In this document: one piece after another, positions 27,440-36,163 of the stretch
Numbering within the stretch: the first letter of the stretch is position 1
Layout: every line of letters starts with the position of its first letter
Assembly (NCBI GenBank): GCA_964013405.1
Contig: CAXGWI010000010.1
Location: forward strand, 1 to 49,167
Reading direction: 5' to 3'
Source of the DNA: an uncultured Myxococcales bacterium
GTDB taxonomy: Bacteria > Myxococcota > UBA4151
Length of the DNA stretch: 49,167 nucleotides
The notes under the pieces: generated by a model
Seen by the model: only the letters and a program-made list of their open reading frames with translations
Database searches by the model: none
Told to the model about the DNA's origin: nothing
Position numbers and translations under genes: made by a program

Positions 27440-29053
27440 GTGCTGGACAAAAGCTGCGCCAGGGCCGAAGAGGCCAGAAGGAGCGATGACTGGATGATCC
27501 CTCAGACTGCAGCCACGCCCGTTGCCGACTATCTCGACGGCCTGGGTGGCCAGATACCGACGGCGTTGGTGATTGCGCTGCGGGGTGAGGAATTGCGCAT
27601 CGTCGGTCGCCGGGGGCGGTTTGGCGAGTTTGAACTGGGCTCCCTATCGAGTCACCCAATACTCGTGGAGGTCCTCGACTCTGGGGGGCCTTGGATGGGT
27701 CATCAGTCCCCCCCGCTCGAAGCGTTTCAGGAGCACATTGGGCGTGGACAAGATGGAGGCGCCGCTGTGTTGTGGCCCTTGGTCTATGGTGAAAAGCGCT
27801 TTGGCATCGTCTACTTGGAACCCAAACAAGCAGATGTCGATGCCGAGCTCTTGGGTCATTTGAGTTTGAATGCAGGCCGGCTCATCCAGCGCTTACATGC
27901 CCGCCTGGTGGGTATTCAGCCGCGGGAGCCCCGTGCTCAGGTGGTCCTACGGACCGCGACCGGTCTGTATCCCCTCGACAGCAGTCGGGCGATCTGTGGC
28001 GAATCGGAGACCCTTGCACTTCAGGCCGGGGAAGTCACCGACGCTGGCTTGCTTTTGAATCTAGCCTTAGCTCGCCCGGACGGCGAGGCAGCCAGGCAAT
28101 TGGGTCAACTCGATGAGTTTTTGACCGCCCCCTTACTCGCTCGATTTCTCGACACGGAACTCAGCAACCTTTTGCCGGTGTTGGACCGACTGCCCCAGAG
28201 CCGCCGTCGTGTGATGCGTATTCTTGTGACCAGTGAGCAGGGGGCTTTACGCCAAGAGGCCCTGCATTGTTTAGAGCGATGGCCAGATCCAGACCTCTGC
28301 AGCGCCGCCTCTGCTGAGATGCCAGAGACATCCCTTGCTCGAGAACTTCTGCCCATGGCGTTCTCCGCCGATCGAAGTCTGGCGACCAGCGTTGCCCGGG
28401 TGCTTGAGCGGGCGCGACGGCATCCTGATTTCGACCGGGAAGTTCTTGCCTCCCTGCGTGGTCTCTTTGGCCAGCCGATGCATGGGGGCGCCCGTCCCAA
28501 GCTGGAGCCCTGTCGGGGGGGCGGCCAGCACTTGATGGTTTTCCTCGCCGATCACCGACCGAGTTCTGGCGGTATCCTGATGGCCTTCCAATGCCGCCTC
28601 TGTCAGGCTTCAGTCCGATTGCCGACCAGCGATGAGGAGTATCGGCGCCTCTCGGAGCAATTGGGGCGGGCCATGGAGTTGCTGGCCCGCTTTCGCGACC
28701 CTCGTGCCGTCGGTGAGATCATCCCGTATTTGGATCACGAGGCTCTTCGTGACCGGGCCCGTCGCGCGCTGGTTGATTTGACCCTCGTTGGCCGCGATTG
28801 GCGGCGAAACCAGTGGGAGCGTTGGTGGCGACAGCACCAAAGTCGAGGGCGCCATGCTTGGATTATCGATGGTCTGGGGCACTGGGATAGCGAAGTCCGC
28901 TCTCGGGCCGTCGCGGAACTGTACGCAGAGACTGGCGAGAACTTCGGCTTCCGGCCCGAGGGGAAGCGGGGAGAACGCAAAGAAGCGATCGGTCGAGTTC
29001 GAGCTAGCCTGTTGCCCCAAGACATTCCGGTGGAAATCGAACCGGTTCCTTAA
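27440..29053 (+). CDS. FrgA-like protein (GAF-like N-terminus, HEAT-like C-terminal repeats)
   Basis: C-terminal DPRAV..I.YL...A.RALV.LT...W..WW.....R..WIIDGL.H....R..A..EL...TG..FG pattern, as in myxobacterial FrgA-type proteins. An alternative start ATG 27494 follows AGGAG. Confidence 0.6.
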   Translation: MLDKSCARAEEARRSDDWMIPQTAATPVADYLDGLGGQIPTALVIALRGEELRIVGRRGRFGEFELGSLSSHPILVEVLDSGGPWMGHQSPPLEAFQEHIGRGQDGGAAVLWPLVYGEKRFGIVYLEPKQADVDAELLGHLSLNAGRLIQRLHARLVGIQPREPRAQVVLRTATGLYPLDSSRAICGESETLALQAGEVTDAGLLLNLALARPDGEAARQLGQLDEFLTAPLLARFLDTELSNLLPVLDRLPQSRRRVMRILVTSEQGALRQEALHCLERWPDPDLCSAASAEMPETSLARELLPMAFSADRSLATSVARVLERARRHPDFDREVLASLRGLFGQPMHGGARPKLEPCRGGGQHLMVFLADHRPSSGGILMAFQCRLCQASVRLPTSDEEYRRLSEQLGRAMELLARFRDPRAVGEIIPYLDHEALRDRARRALVDLTLVGRDWRRNQWERWWRQHQSRGRHAWIIDGLGHWDSEVRSRAVAELYAETGENFGFRPEGKRGERKEAIGRVRASLLPQDIPVEIEPVP

Positions 29054-29832
29054 AGGCGATAGATGGGCTTTTGACCAAGGACGTGTCGTGCGAGTTCCAT
29101 GACCATTGTCCCCTTGCGGGACTTGAGTTCAGCCCGCCAAACCGGACGGTCATCACCCTTGCCCACCCATACGGTGAGCTGCCGCTTTCGCTTGCCCTCG
29201 TGGATGGTCAACTGGACCCTCCAGGTCTTCACAGGGCCGGCTAAGGTTTGAATCACTTCTTCTTGCTCAATCAGGCCTTCGACTCGCCGAAGGGTGCGAA
29301 AACCATAGACTCGGGCGCAGACTCGCTGCTTGGGCTGGAAGTCGAGATCCCGGAGGTTGTAGAGCACGACCAAGGGATCAAAACCCTGCCTTGAGCCCCG
29401 CATCTTTCCAGCTCGGCGCCGCTTGCCGACGTGATAGCTCCAGTCGATGCCTTGATCCCCAAAGGAGGCTCGGTCCTTGTATTCCATACGCCCGCGGGTC
29501 AGGTCATTTCGGTAAAACCGACTGCTTTGATTGCGGGGGTCGAGGAGGCTGAGGACTTTGCCCCGCAAGTCGGCAGCCACCGAGGCGAAGGCATTGGTCT
29601 CAAAGTCTGCCCGAATGGTGTAGCCGGCGCCATGGGGCGTGCGCTCCAGGCCACCGAGCCGAAAACTGGCGGAGCCGGCTCGAACCCCTCGAACCGAGAC
29701 AAGATAGGTGAGCTCTTCTCCCTGCGCATAGGGCAGGGTCGGCGACTGGGCCCGATCGAAGTGACAACTGGGGGGAGGCCCCTGTGGGACGGGGCTGACC
29801 GAGAGTGCGGCGGCGAGAAGCATGGGGTTCAT
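29050..29832 (-). CDS. DUF3108-like exported protein
   Basis: GEELTYLVS..G..AG, DPL..LY.LR, E.I.T.AG...TWRV and VWV..D.RPV. Strong AGGAGG RBS. Confidence 0.75.
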   Translation of the reverse strand: MNPMLLAAALSVSPVPQGPPPSCHFDRAQSPTLPYAQGEELTYLVSVRGVRAGSASFRLGGLERTPHGAGYTIRADFETNAFASVAADLRGKVLSLLDPRNQSSRFYRNDLTRGRMEYKDRASFGDQGIDWSYHVGKRRRAGKMRGSRQGFDPLVVLYNLRDLDFQPKQRVCARVYGFRTLRRVEGLIEQEEVIQTLAGPVKTWRVQLTIHEGKRKRQLTVWVGKGDDRPVWRAELKSRKGTMVMELARHVLGQKPIYRL

Positions 29833-29875
29833 AGGCTTTCTCCTCCTTGCCCCTCCTGACGACGGGTCTTCGACT

Positions 29876-30667
29876 CTATTTCATTAGGGATTTCGCCATG
29901 GCCTGCCGAAGGCCGGTGGGCAGATCACCAAACCAAAGCTGCTGAGCCAGCAAACCCTGCTCGAGAAGCAAGGCCCTCCCATCCTGTGTGATCAAGCCCA
30001 TGGTCTCGCTTTTTTGACAGAGCATCGTGGGGCCATCGGGGCGATAGTTGAGGTCGAGAACACGGGGGGTTTGGGCCTGGAGATCGAGGGGCGTATCCCG
30101 TCCTAAGGGTGTGCTGTTGATCACAAGGTCCACCGAGCCAGCGCCTTCGTGCCAGCCCAGGTGTTGAAGGGCGGCAGTCTCCGTGAGTTGGCGGGCGTGG
30201 AGTTCTTCAAAGGCGGTTTTGCGGCGGCATCGGATTTGGATCCGGGCGCAACCGGCCTGGTCGAGGGCCCAGATCGTCGCGCGCGCAGCGCCACCGGCAC
30301 CAAGGACGAGGGCATCTTTGCCCCCGAGAGCACCCGGTCCACCCAGCACTCGAAGCAGGCCTGGCCCATCGGTGTTTTCCGCCCGCCAGGATGGGCCGAC
30401 GGCCACGAGCGTATTGGCCGCGCCCAAGCGTTGGGCAAGAGGGCTTATCTGGGGGCAATATTCGATCACCGCGGTCTTGAGCGGGTGGGTGATGTTTAGG
30501 CCCGTGTAGTTGGGGTGTAAGCGCTCCAGTTCCCTGGAGAGGTTTTCTGTCGCTGTGGTGTGGGCCCGGTACTCACCCACCCATCCCCGATGCTGGAAAG
30601 CCCGTCCGTGCATCGCTGGGCTGAGACTCTCAGCGACGGGATCCCCAAGGATTCCTAGGCGAATCAA
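29876..30667 (-). CDS. aroE: Shikimate dehydrogenase
   Basis: GDPV..SLSPAMH, GLNITHPLK, GAANTL, NTDG.G, GAGGAARA, INSTPLG and DLNY. Confidence 0.94.
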   Translation of the reverse strand: MIRLGILGDPVAESLSPAMHGRAFQHRGWVGEYRAHTTATENLSRELERLHPNYTGLNITHPLKTAVIEYCPQISPLAQRLGAANTLVAVGPSWRAENTDGPGLLRVLGGPGALGGKDALVLGAGGAARATIWALDQAGCARIQIRCRRKTAFEELHARQLTETAALQHLGWHEGAGSVDLVINSTPLGRDTPLDLQAQTPRVLDLNYRPDGPTMLCQKSETMGLITQDGRALLLEQGLLAQQLWFGDLPTGLRQAMAKSLMK

Positions 30668-31602
30668 GCCAGTCGCCTCTGCAGCGCCTCGATGTCCCGT
30701 GTGATTTGCGCTGTGAGGGCTGCAACGCTGGCAAACCGCCGCTCGTCTCTGAGGTGGAAGTGAAGGCTTAGATTCATGGTCTCGCCATAGAGATCGAGGG
30801 CTTCGGGAGCGCCGACGAGGTGGGCCTCAATGACCAGGCCTCCATCGTTAACAAAGGTTGGCTTTGTCCCCACATTTACCACCGCTGGAAGACGGAAAGA
30901 GGCTCCCGTTGCGAAGCCTCCGTACACACCGGGTTTTGGGCGTAACTTATCGGAGTGAATGTCTATATTGGCGGTCGGAAAACCAATCTGCCGACCCCGT
31001 TGGTCGCCAGGAACCACTCGACCTGAGAGCGGATAGCCATGACCCAAGAGGGCGATGGCCTTGTCGAAGGGGCCTTCCGCAATCAACCGGCGGATGCGAC
31101 TGGATGAAATCGCCTTATCACCGCTTTCAACCTTAGCGACCACATCGAGCACCGCTCCGTTTTCCTCAAGGATGGAACGGAGCAGTTCCGTATCGCCCCG
31201 ACGGTTCGTGCCGAAACGAAAATCTGCGCCCACGACGACGCCAGCCGCTTGGAGTTGTTCCACGAGCACCTCTGCAACGAAGGTCTCAGCCGGAAGCAGT
31301 GCAATGCCTTCGTCAAAGGGTAGAAAGAGGGGCTCTCCCACACCTGCGTCCATGAGTAAGCGGACCCGTTCGTCGGGTAAGGAGAGGAGCTCAAGAGTGC
31401 TTTCCGGGCGAAAGTAACGACTCGGCGGCGGCCAAAAACTTAAGGCGGTGAGGTTGGTGGCACCGACATCCTCGGCCAGCGCCAGTCCCCGTTGAACAAG
31501 TGCTTGGTGTCCTCGATGGACGCCGTCAAAGTTGCCGATGCAGATCACCCGCCGTCGCCGGACCAGTTCGGGGCCGACCCACCGCCCCGTGTTTTCTGTC
31601 AT
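30664..31602 (-). CDS. ribF: Bifunctional riboflavin kinase/FAD synthetase
   Basis: IGNFDGVHRGHQAL, VGADFRFG, ISSSRIR, GRQIGFPTAN, IEAHL and LRDERRF. Confidence 0.96.
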   Translation of the reverse strand: MTENTGRWVGPELVRRRRVICIGNFDGVHRGHQALVQRGLALAEDVGATNLTALSFWPPPSRYFRPESTLELLSLPDERVRLLMDAGVGEPLFLPFDEGIALLPAETFVAEVLVEQLQAAGVVVGADFRFGTNRRGDTELLRSILEENGAVLDVVAKVESGDKAISSSRIRRLIAEGPFDKAIALLGHGYPLSGRVVPGDQRGRQIGFPTANIDIHSDKLRPKPGVYGGFATGASFRLPAVVNVGTKPTFVNDGGLVIEAHLVGAPEALDLYGETMNLSLHFHLRDERRFASVAALTAQITRDIEALQRRLA

Positions 31603-32510
31603 GGTCCTGCGTCAAGGGGGGTCGGGTTCTCGCTCGGTGGTCCAAGGGGGCGGATCTCTTTGTCGACGCCGGGGTTGGGTTCGACTCGGGGTGCTGGCGG
31701 CGGCGGCGACCAGCGGGACCAGCAGCCCTCTTGTGCTTCGGTTCCCGGCTCGAGGACACAGACCCCATAGGCCTTTGGAAAGGTCTCGTTCAGCAGTTTG
31801 CCGTCCTTGCTGAAGATGGCGGCCACCGGACCCAGGCGCGTGATCGTCTCCTCTTGAGCTTTGCTCGCCGCGGCCGGCGGATCACTCTCTTCGTAGCGCA
31901 TCATCAGGTGGGCCCGAGCCCCCAAAGCGGGGTAACCATTGACCCTCAGCGCCCGGACAAGCCCCACGCCGCTGCGGACGAAATCGAGGGAGGAGAGGTA
32001 GACGAGATGGGCCCCTGAGCGATGTAGCTCGGTCAGATACTCGCTGCTGCCCGGTCGTTGTTCATCATCGGAGAGATAGGCATCCGAAAAGAGCCGTTCC
32101 TTGAGTCGGCGCTGAACGAGTTTGTGGAGCGGATCCTCCTCTTTGATGTCCAGATACTTAAGGAAAGCAGCGGGACTGCGTAGCTTGAGACCATGGTCCG
32201 AACTGCGCATCGCTTTCTCCATCAGCGGCTTGCGCTTTGCCTCGTACATAACCTCGGTGAAGATGCGTTGCAGGCGGGGAAGCCGGTCCATGAGGACCTG
32301 GTCGTCGAGGTGCACGATCACGACGCTATTCTCGACTTTTTTGATGCGCTCGAGGATCTGCTGCCTGGCTTTGTCTGGATCCCCGTTTAGGGCAGGCCAC
32401 GTGACCTCTTTGACCGGTGGAGGGGGTGCCTCAGAGGTTTTTTCTACTGGGGCTGATCCGCATTGGCAGCCGGATGCGAGGAAAACAAAAATGAAAAGTC
32501 GTCGTGTCAT
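31599..32510 (-). CDS. Lipoprotein with degenerate HAD-like fold
   Basis: Lipobox LASGC then QC. HAD-like scaffold VVIVHLDDQVLMDRLPR...RPG...L...GAHLVYLS with the catalytic positions altered. Pro-rich linkers. Confidence 0.6.
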   Translation of the reverse strand: MTRRLFIFVFLASGCQCGSAPVEKTSEAPPPPVKEVTWPALNGDPDKARQQILERIKKVENSVVIVHLDDQVLMDRLPRLQRIFTEVMYEAKRKPLMEKAMRSSDHGLKLRSPAAFLKYLDIKEEDPLHKLVQRRLKERLFSDAYLSDDEQRPGSSEYLTELHRSGAHLVYLSSLDFVRSGVGLVRALRVNGYPALGARAHLMMRYEESDPPAAASKAQEETITRLGPVAAIFSKDGKLLNETFPKAYGVCVLEPGTEAQEGCWSRWSPPPPAPRVEPNPGVDKEIRPLGPPSENPTPLDAGP

Positions 32511-32615
32511 TGATCATCCTATGCCTATCCGGGACCTATCTGCATTTAGCCCGACGATCCAGCGGTGCGGTCGGCGAAGAGAAAAAAGTGAGATGACGCA
32601 CTAAAGACTTCTCTC

Positions 32616-32797
32616 GCTGTGCCGTTGTCTGGGGTGCATCGAGAGCGACTCTGCCATGGGTTCCTCAGATGCGGTTCTGATGTTGGTCGCAAGCTCAACA
32701 TGGAGCCCGATGGTCAGGGGCAAACGATCGTCGGATTCCAACTCTACAGCAGCTTCGATCCGCTAAGACCGCCAATGTCGGCGGTCTTAGCTTTTTT
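32616..32797 (+). ncRNA. Candidate structured non-coding RNA (long rod with branched apex, ending in an intrinsic terminator)
   Basis: Hand-folded nested pairings span 32616-32750, with a GCAA tetraloop and G.U wobbles favouring the + strand. Ends in a terminator with no + strand gene upstream. Confidence 0.55.
32762..32797 (+). terminator. Rho-independent terminator
   Basis: Perfect 12-bp stem GCTAAGACCGCC / GGCGGTCTTAGC with a 6-nt loop, followed by TTTTTT on the + strand only. Confidence 0.8.
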
Positions 32798-33503
32798 CCT
32801 GGCTGCTGATGCGCACGAGGCGGGGGCGAAGCTCGGGGCCCGGCGCAAGGAAAAATAGGGCATCCATACCTGGATTGTCGGCCTGGAGCCGGGCCCGTTC
32901 TTGCTCAAGCTGAGCTTCAAACTCTTGGTAGCTACCCACCTCGGATTCCCGTCCTTGGCCCCGCAGGGCTTGGATGTACTCCAAATAGACCTCTCGATAG
33001 GTCTCGGTGGTTGCCGCTTCTTCGGGTACCTTGGGGAGCATGGTCAGACTGGGTTCCGGCGCAATTCGCGGGGCTATTGCCTCCGATCCATCTTGGTCCA
33101 TGCCAGGTTCTTCAATGAAGCTGCCTGCGAAATCTCGACTATCGTTATCGGGACGGTGGAGGATCACAGGGCCTAGATTTGCGTCGACAGAACGCTCTTC
33201 GAGGAGACGCATCACCGCGTCAACCTCCCGGGCCAGTTCTCTGTGTAGGCCGATGCCTTCGACCAACACAGATCGGGGCTCGCCGGAACGAGCGGCCTCG
33301 GCGACTTTCCTTCGGATCTCATCGAAGGGCTTGAGCAATGCGTCGACGACGAGGAACAGTACCGTGAGGGTGAGGGCCAAGACGACCAAGTCCACCAGCA
33401 TGAGGGATTCCTCGACGAGGATTTCAGAGATCTCCAGCCACCAGCGCAGCAAGAAACCTGGAACTAAAATCGCTGCGACCTTGAGTACGGCGACGGATCT
33501 CAC
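32787..33503 (-). CDS. Membrane protein (2 TM, HAMP-like) with MXAN_5187-like C-terminal domain
   Basis: GTG start in a GTGA overlap with the upstream stop, and two TMs. C-terminal YREVYLEYI..L...G......YQEFEAQL..ER..L resembles the MXAN_5187 C-terminal family from memory. Confidence 0.6.
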   Translation of the reverse strand: MRSVAVLKVAAILVPGFLLRWWLEISEILVEESLMLVDLVVLALTLTVLFLVVDALLKPFDEIRRKVAEAARSGEPRSVLVEGIGLHRELAREVDAVMRLLEERSVDANLGPVILHRPDNDSRDFAGSFIEEPGMDQDGSEAIAPRIAPEPSLTMLPKVPEEAATTETYREVYLEYIQALRGQGRESEVGSYQEFEAQLEQERARLQADNPGMDALFFLAPGPELRPRLVRISSQEKS

Positions 33504-33970
33504 GGCTTTTGAACCCCCGATCGGCCCTTCATTCCCGCGCGGCCGAGTGCTTGGATAACCTTTGATTCCGATTTTGAAGCCGCGAGAAAAGCCTTTTTGC
33601 AGTCGGTAAAGAGCCGCCGCCGCAGGCAAAGCTCGAGGGCCAAGGTCTGCTCCGTGGGGCTACCGGACTCGGCCAACTGACTCAGTTGCTGTTTGCTGAT
33701 ACCGGGTGCTTTTCGGGACAGAACTTGGCCAAAGTCTGGCGAGAACAGGATGGCAGCCACGACAAAACCCAGGCCTAAAAGTATCGCCGATCGACCGGTG
33801 GGGGCGTCTTCCCGTCGGGAACGGACAAGATGGTCGATGGCGAACAGGCCAAGGCCGATCAAGTAGACCGTTTGAGATAATAGAGCGCCGCCACCATCAG
33901 CCTGGCTCGTCAGCGCGGCCAGGGCCGCACCCACCAAAACACCGGCGACAAGATAACGAACCAGCTTCAT
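33500..33970 (-). CDS. Hypothetical membrane protein (3 TM)
   Basis: 156-aa ORF with three hydrophobic segments and a helical tail. Confidence 0.6.
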   Translation of the reverse strand: MKLVRYLVAGVLVGAALAALTSQADGGGALLSQTVYLIGLGLFAIDHLVRSRREDAPTGRSAILLGLGFVVAAILFSPDFGQVLSRKAPGISKQQLSQLAESGSPTEQTLALELCLRRRLFTDCKKAFLAASKSESKVIQALGRAGMKGRSGVQKP

Positions 33971-34012
33971 GGCGATGTCATGGGTGAGGGCGCCATGGGA
34001 GTCAAGCCTTGG

Positions 34013-34519
34013 TCAACCGGACTCGATGCGCTTGAGGAGCGCCTGAAATCCGGGCTCATCTCGTTCGAACAAGAGGGCGCTACGAATCTCCGACTTTGCG
34101 GCGCGAAGATCGCCCTTCTCCAGCGCGGCCAGCGCGGCCTGGTAATGACGTTTTCCAGCCTCTGTTTTCCCCGGCTCCTCCGCCTTTTTACGGGCTAAGG
34201 AGCGACTGCGGACCTTGCCTGTATCCAGGCGGAGTTCGCCGCCTTCAAGCCCCTCTATGTACGCTGCCTTTGTGATGGGATTTCGAAGGGTAGAGTAAGC
34301 TTCTGTGATGCGGCGATAGATGGCGCTGACCGCTTGGTGTAATTCGGGGTCGTCCATGCCACCGAGCCGATCTGGGTGGTAGTGTTGGGCAAGGCGTCGG
34401 AAGCCGCCTCGAATCTCTGTCCCTGAAGCATCTTGCTTGAGGTTGAGGAGCTGAAAATAATTTAACTGGTCCAGCCGTTGCGCGACGCGAAGAACTGCGG
34501 TTCGCCAGTCCGCACTCAT
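34013..34519 (-). CDS. J-domain co-chaperone with C-terminal TPR-like helices
   Basis: NYFQLL, HYHPDR (HPD motif), [13 protein letters not shown], and a TPR-like tail. ATGA overlap with the Hsp70 gene. Confidence 0.9.
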   Translation of the reverse strand: MSADWRTAVLRVAQRLDQLNYFQLLNLKQDASGTEIRGGFRRLAQHYHPDRLGGMDDPELHQAVSAIYRRITEAYSTLRNPITKAAYIEGLEGGELRLDTGKVRSRSLARKKAEEPGKTEAGKRHYQAALAALEKGDLRAAKSEIRSALLFERDEPGFQALLKRIESG

Positions 34520-36069
34520 CGGGCCGTACCAGGCAGTGAAGCGGAGGCTTCGGCCACAGACTGGTCATTCATCTTGACGCTGAGTCGGACGTTGGCTGAG
34601 GCCGCTCGCCCGGTTTGACAGTCGGTGGCGGTGACTCGGACCAAACCGTTTGGATCGATCTCGAAGGTCACGTCGATTTCGACTTGGCCGCGGGGGGCCA
34701 ATGTCAACGGACCAAAGGCAAACTCACCGAGCAGGGTATTGTCCGCCTGCAGATCCGATTCTCCCTGAAAGACGCGAATTGCGACGAACTCTTGGTGGTC
34801 TCGACTGGTGACGAAGGTCCGAGTTCTTTCCGTTGGGATGGGGGCATTCTTCTCGATGATGGCTTCGGTGAAGCGCTGGACTGTGCCCAGGCGGAGCGTC
34901 AGCGGTGTGACATCGAGAAGGATTTGTTGCGCTTGGCTCTGGTCATTCAGGCTCGCGCCGTAGATGGCCGCACCGACCGAGACGACGAGATCGGGATCGA
35001 TTCCAGTGTCAGGCTCTCGACGAAAGAAGCGACGAACCGCTTCCCGGACCGCTGGAACCCGTGTGGAGCCCCCAACCAGCACGACACCATCGATGAGGTG
35101 AGTGCCTGTCTTCGCTTCTTTCAGCACGCTGTCACAGATTTCGATGCTTCTTTGAATCAGTGGCTCGATCAACTGATCGAAACGATTTCTCGTCAGGCCA
35201 TAGACCATGGGAATTCCGGCGACGACCTCGAGATCAATCTCCACCGTATCGTGCTCGCTAAGTTCTCGCTTACTTGTTTCTGCCAGGTCCCAGAGGACCG
35301 CCCGGGCGGCCGGATCCTGACGAGGGTCCCGGCCGGTTTTGTTGAGGATCTTCTCGGCCAGGTCATCGACGATCACACCATCCATATCGTCACCCCCGAG
35401 ATACGTGTCGCCACCGGTTGCGAGGACTTCGAGGACGCCCGCGCCCATCTCGAGGACTGAGAGGTCGAAAGTACCACCGCCAAAGTCGTAAACAGCCACA
35501 CGCTTTGCCTCTTGGTCTCCGTACCCATAGGCCAGGGCGGCGGCTGTTGGCTCGTTGAGGATACGTAATGGTTCCAGGCCAGCGATCATGGCCGCATTAC
35601 GAGTCGCCTCTCTTTGGTTGTCGTTGAAGTAAGCGGGGACGGTGATCACCGCTTTCGTTACGCTTGTCGTGCCCAGATAACTGGCCGCCGAATGGGCCAA
35701 TTCCCTCAGGATCATCGCGGCGATTTCCTCAAGCCGATATGCCCGTTGGTCAATTTGTACACGGACGTCACCGTGGGCACCGGAGAGAATATTGAAGGAC
35801 ATTTCTTCCTGGGCCTTTTGGACCTCAGCGCTCGAACTGGTCCGGCCCACGAGTCTCTTGCTTGAGCGGACCGTTCGTTCCGGTCGCTGGCCAATACCTG
35901 CCCGGGCCGGGTTGCCGACGAGCACGCTGCCGTTGGGAAGAAAGGCAACACAACTGGCGGTGGTGAGTTCCCCGTCTTGATTGGCGATCACCGTTGGGCG
36001 GTTGGCTTCAACAACGGAGACCACCGAGTTCGATGTTCCCAAATCAATTCCAAGCACCGGCGGTGACAT
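34516..36069 (-). CDS. Hsp70 family protein (DnaK paralog lacking the C-terminal lid)
   Basis: [58 protein letters not shown] and LLDVTPL. Ends at 517 aa. Confidence 0.95.
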   Translation of the reverse strand: MSPPVLGIDLGTSNSVVSVVEANRPTVIANQDGELTTASCVAFLPNGSVLVGNPARAGIGQRPERTVRSSKRLVGRTSSSAEVQKAQEEMSFNILSGAHGDVRVQIDQRAYRLEEIAAMILRELAHSAASYLGTTSVTKAVITVPAYFNDNQREATRNAAMIAGLEPLRILNEPTAAALAYGYGDQEAKRVAVYDFGGGTFDLSVLEMGAGVLEVLATGGDTYLGGDDMDGVIVDDLAEKILNKTGRDPRQDPAARAVLWDLAETSKRELSEHDTVEIDLEVVAGIPMVYGLTRNRFDQLIEPLIQRSIEICDSVLKEAKTGTHLIDGVVLVGGSTRVPAVREAVRRFFRREPDTGIDPDLVVSVGAAIYGASLNDQSQAQQILLDVTPLTLRLGTVQRFTEAIIEKNAPIPTERTRTFVTSRDHQEFVAIRVFQGESDLQADNTLLGEFAFGPLTLAPRGQVEIDVTFEIDPNGLVRVTATDCQTGRAASANVRLSVKMNDQSVAEASASLPGTAR

Positions 36070-36163
36070 TTCTAACGCTCCACGCTAAGCGGCCGGGCCC
36101 CCGGACCGGGCCCAGCCCACAAGATGTGTCCGATTTTTGCAAGGGGCCTCTGTGGAGACCTGT

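Noticed and set aside
32511..32786. FMN riboswitch upstream of the ribF-containing operon, or c-di-GMP-I, SRP or hammerhead identity for the structured RNA
   Set aside because: Only fragments match (GAGAGAAG on minus; GGCAAAC, GGTCAGG...AGCAGC and CTGATG on plus). The required companion motifs and spacings are absent.
33504..33629. Extended start of the 280-aa ORF
   Set aside because: It overlaps the upstream gene. The GTG at 33503 in a GTGA overlap is the more plausible start.
36120..36145. Sigma-54 promoter before the DUF4388 regulator (TTTTGCA)
   Set aside because: A good -12 element, but the invariant GG at -24 is missing.
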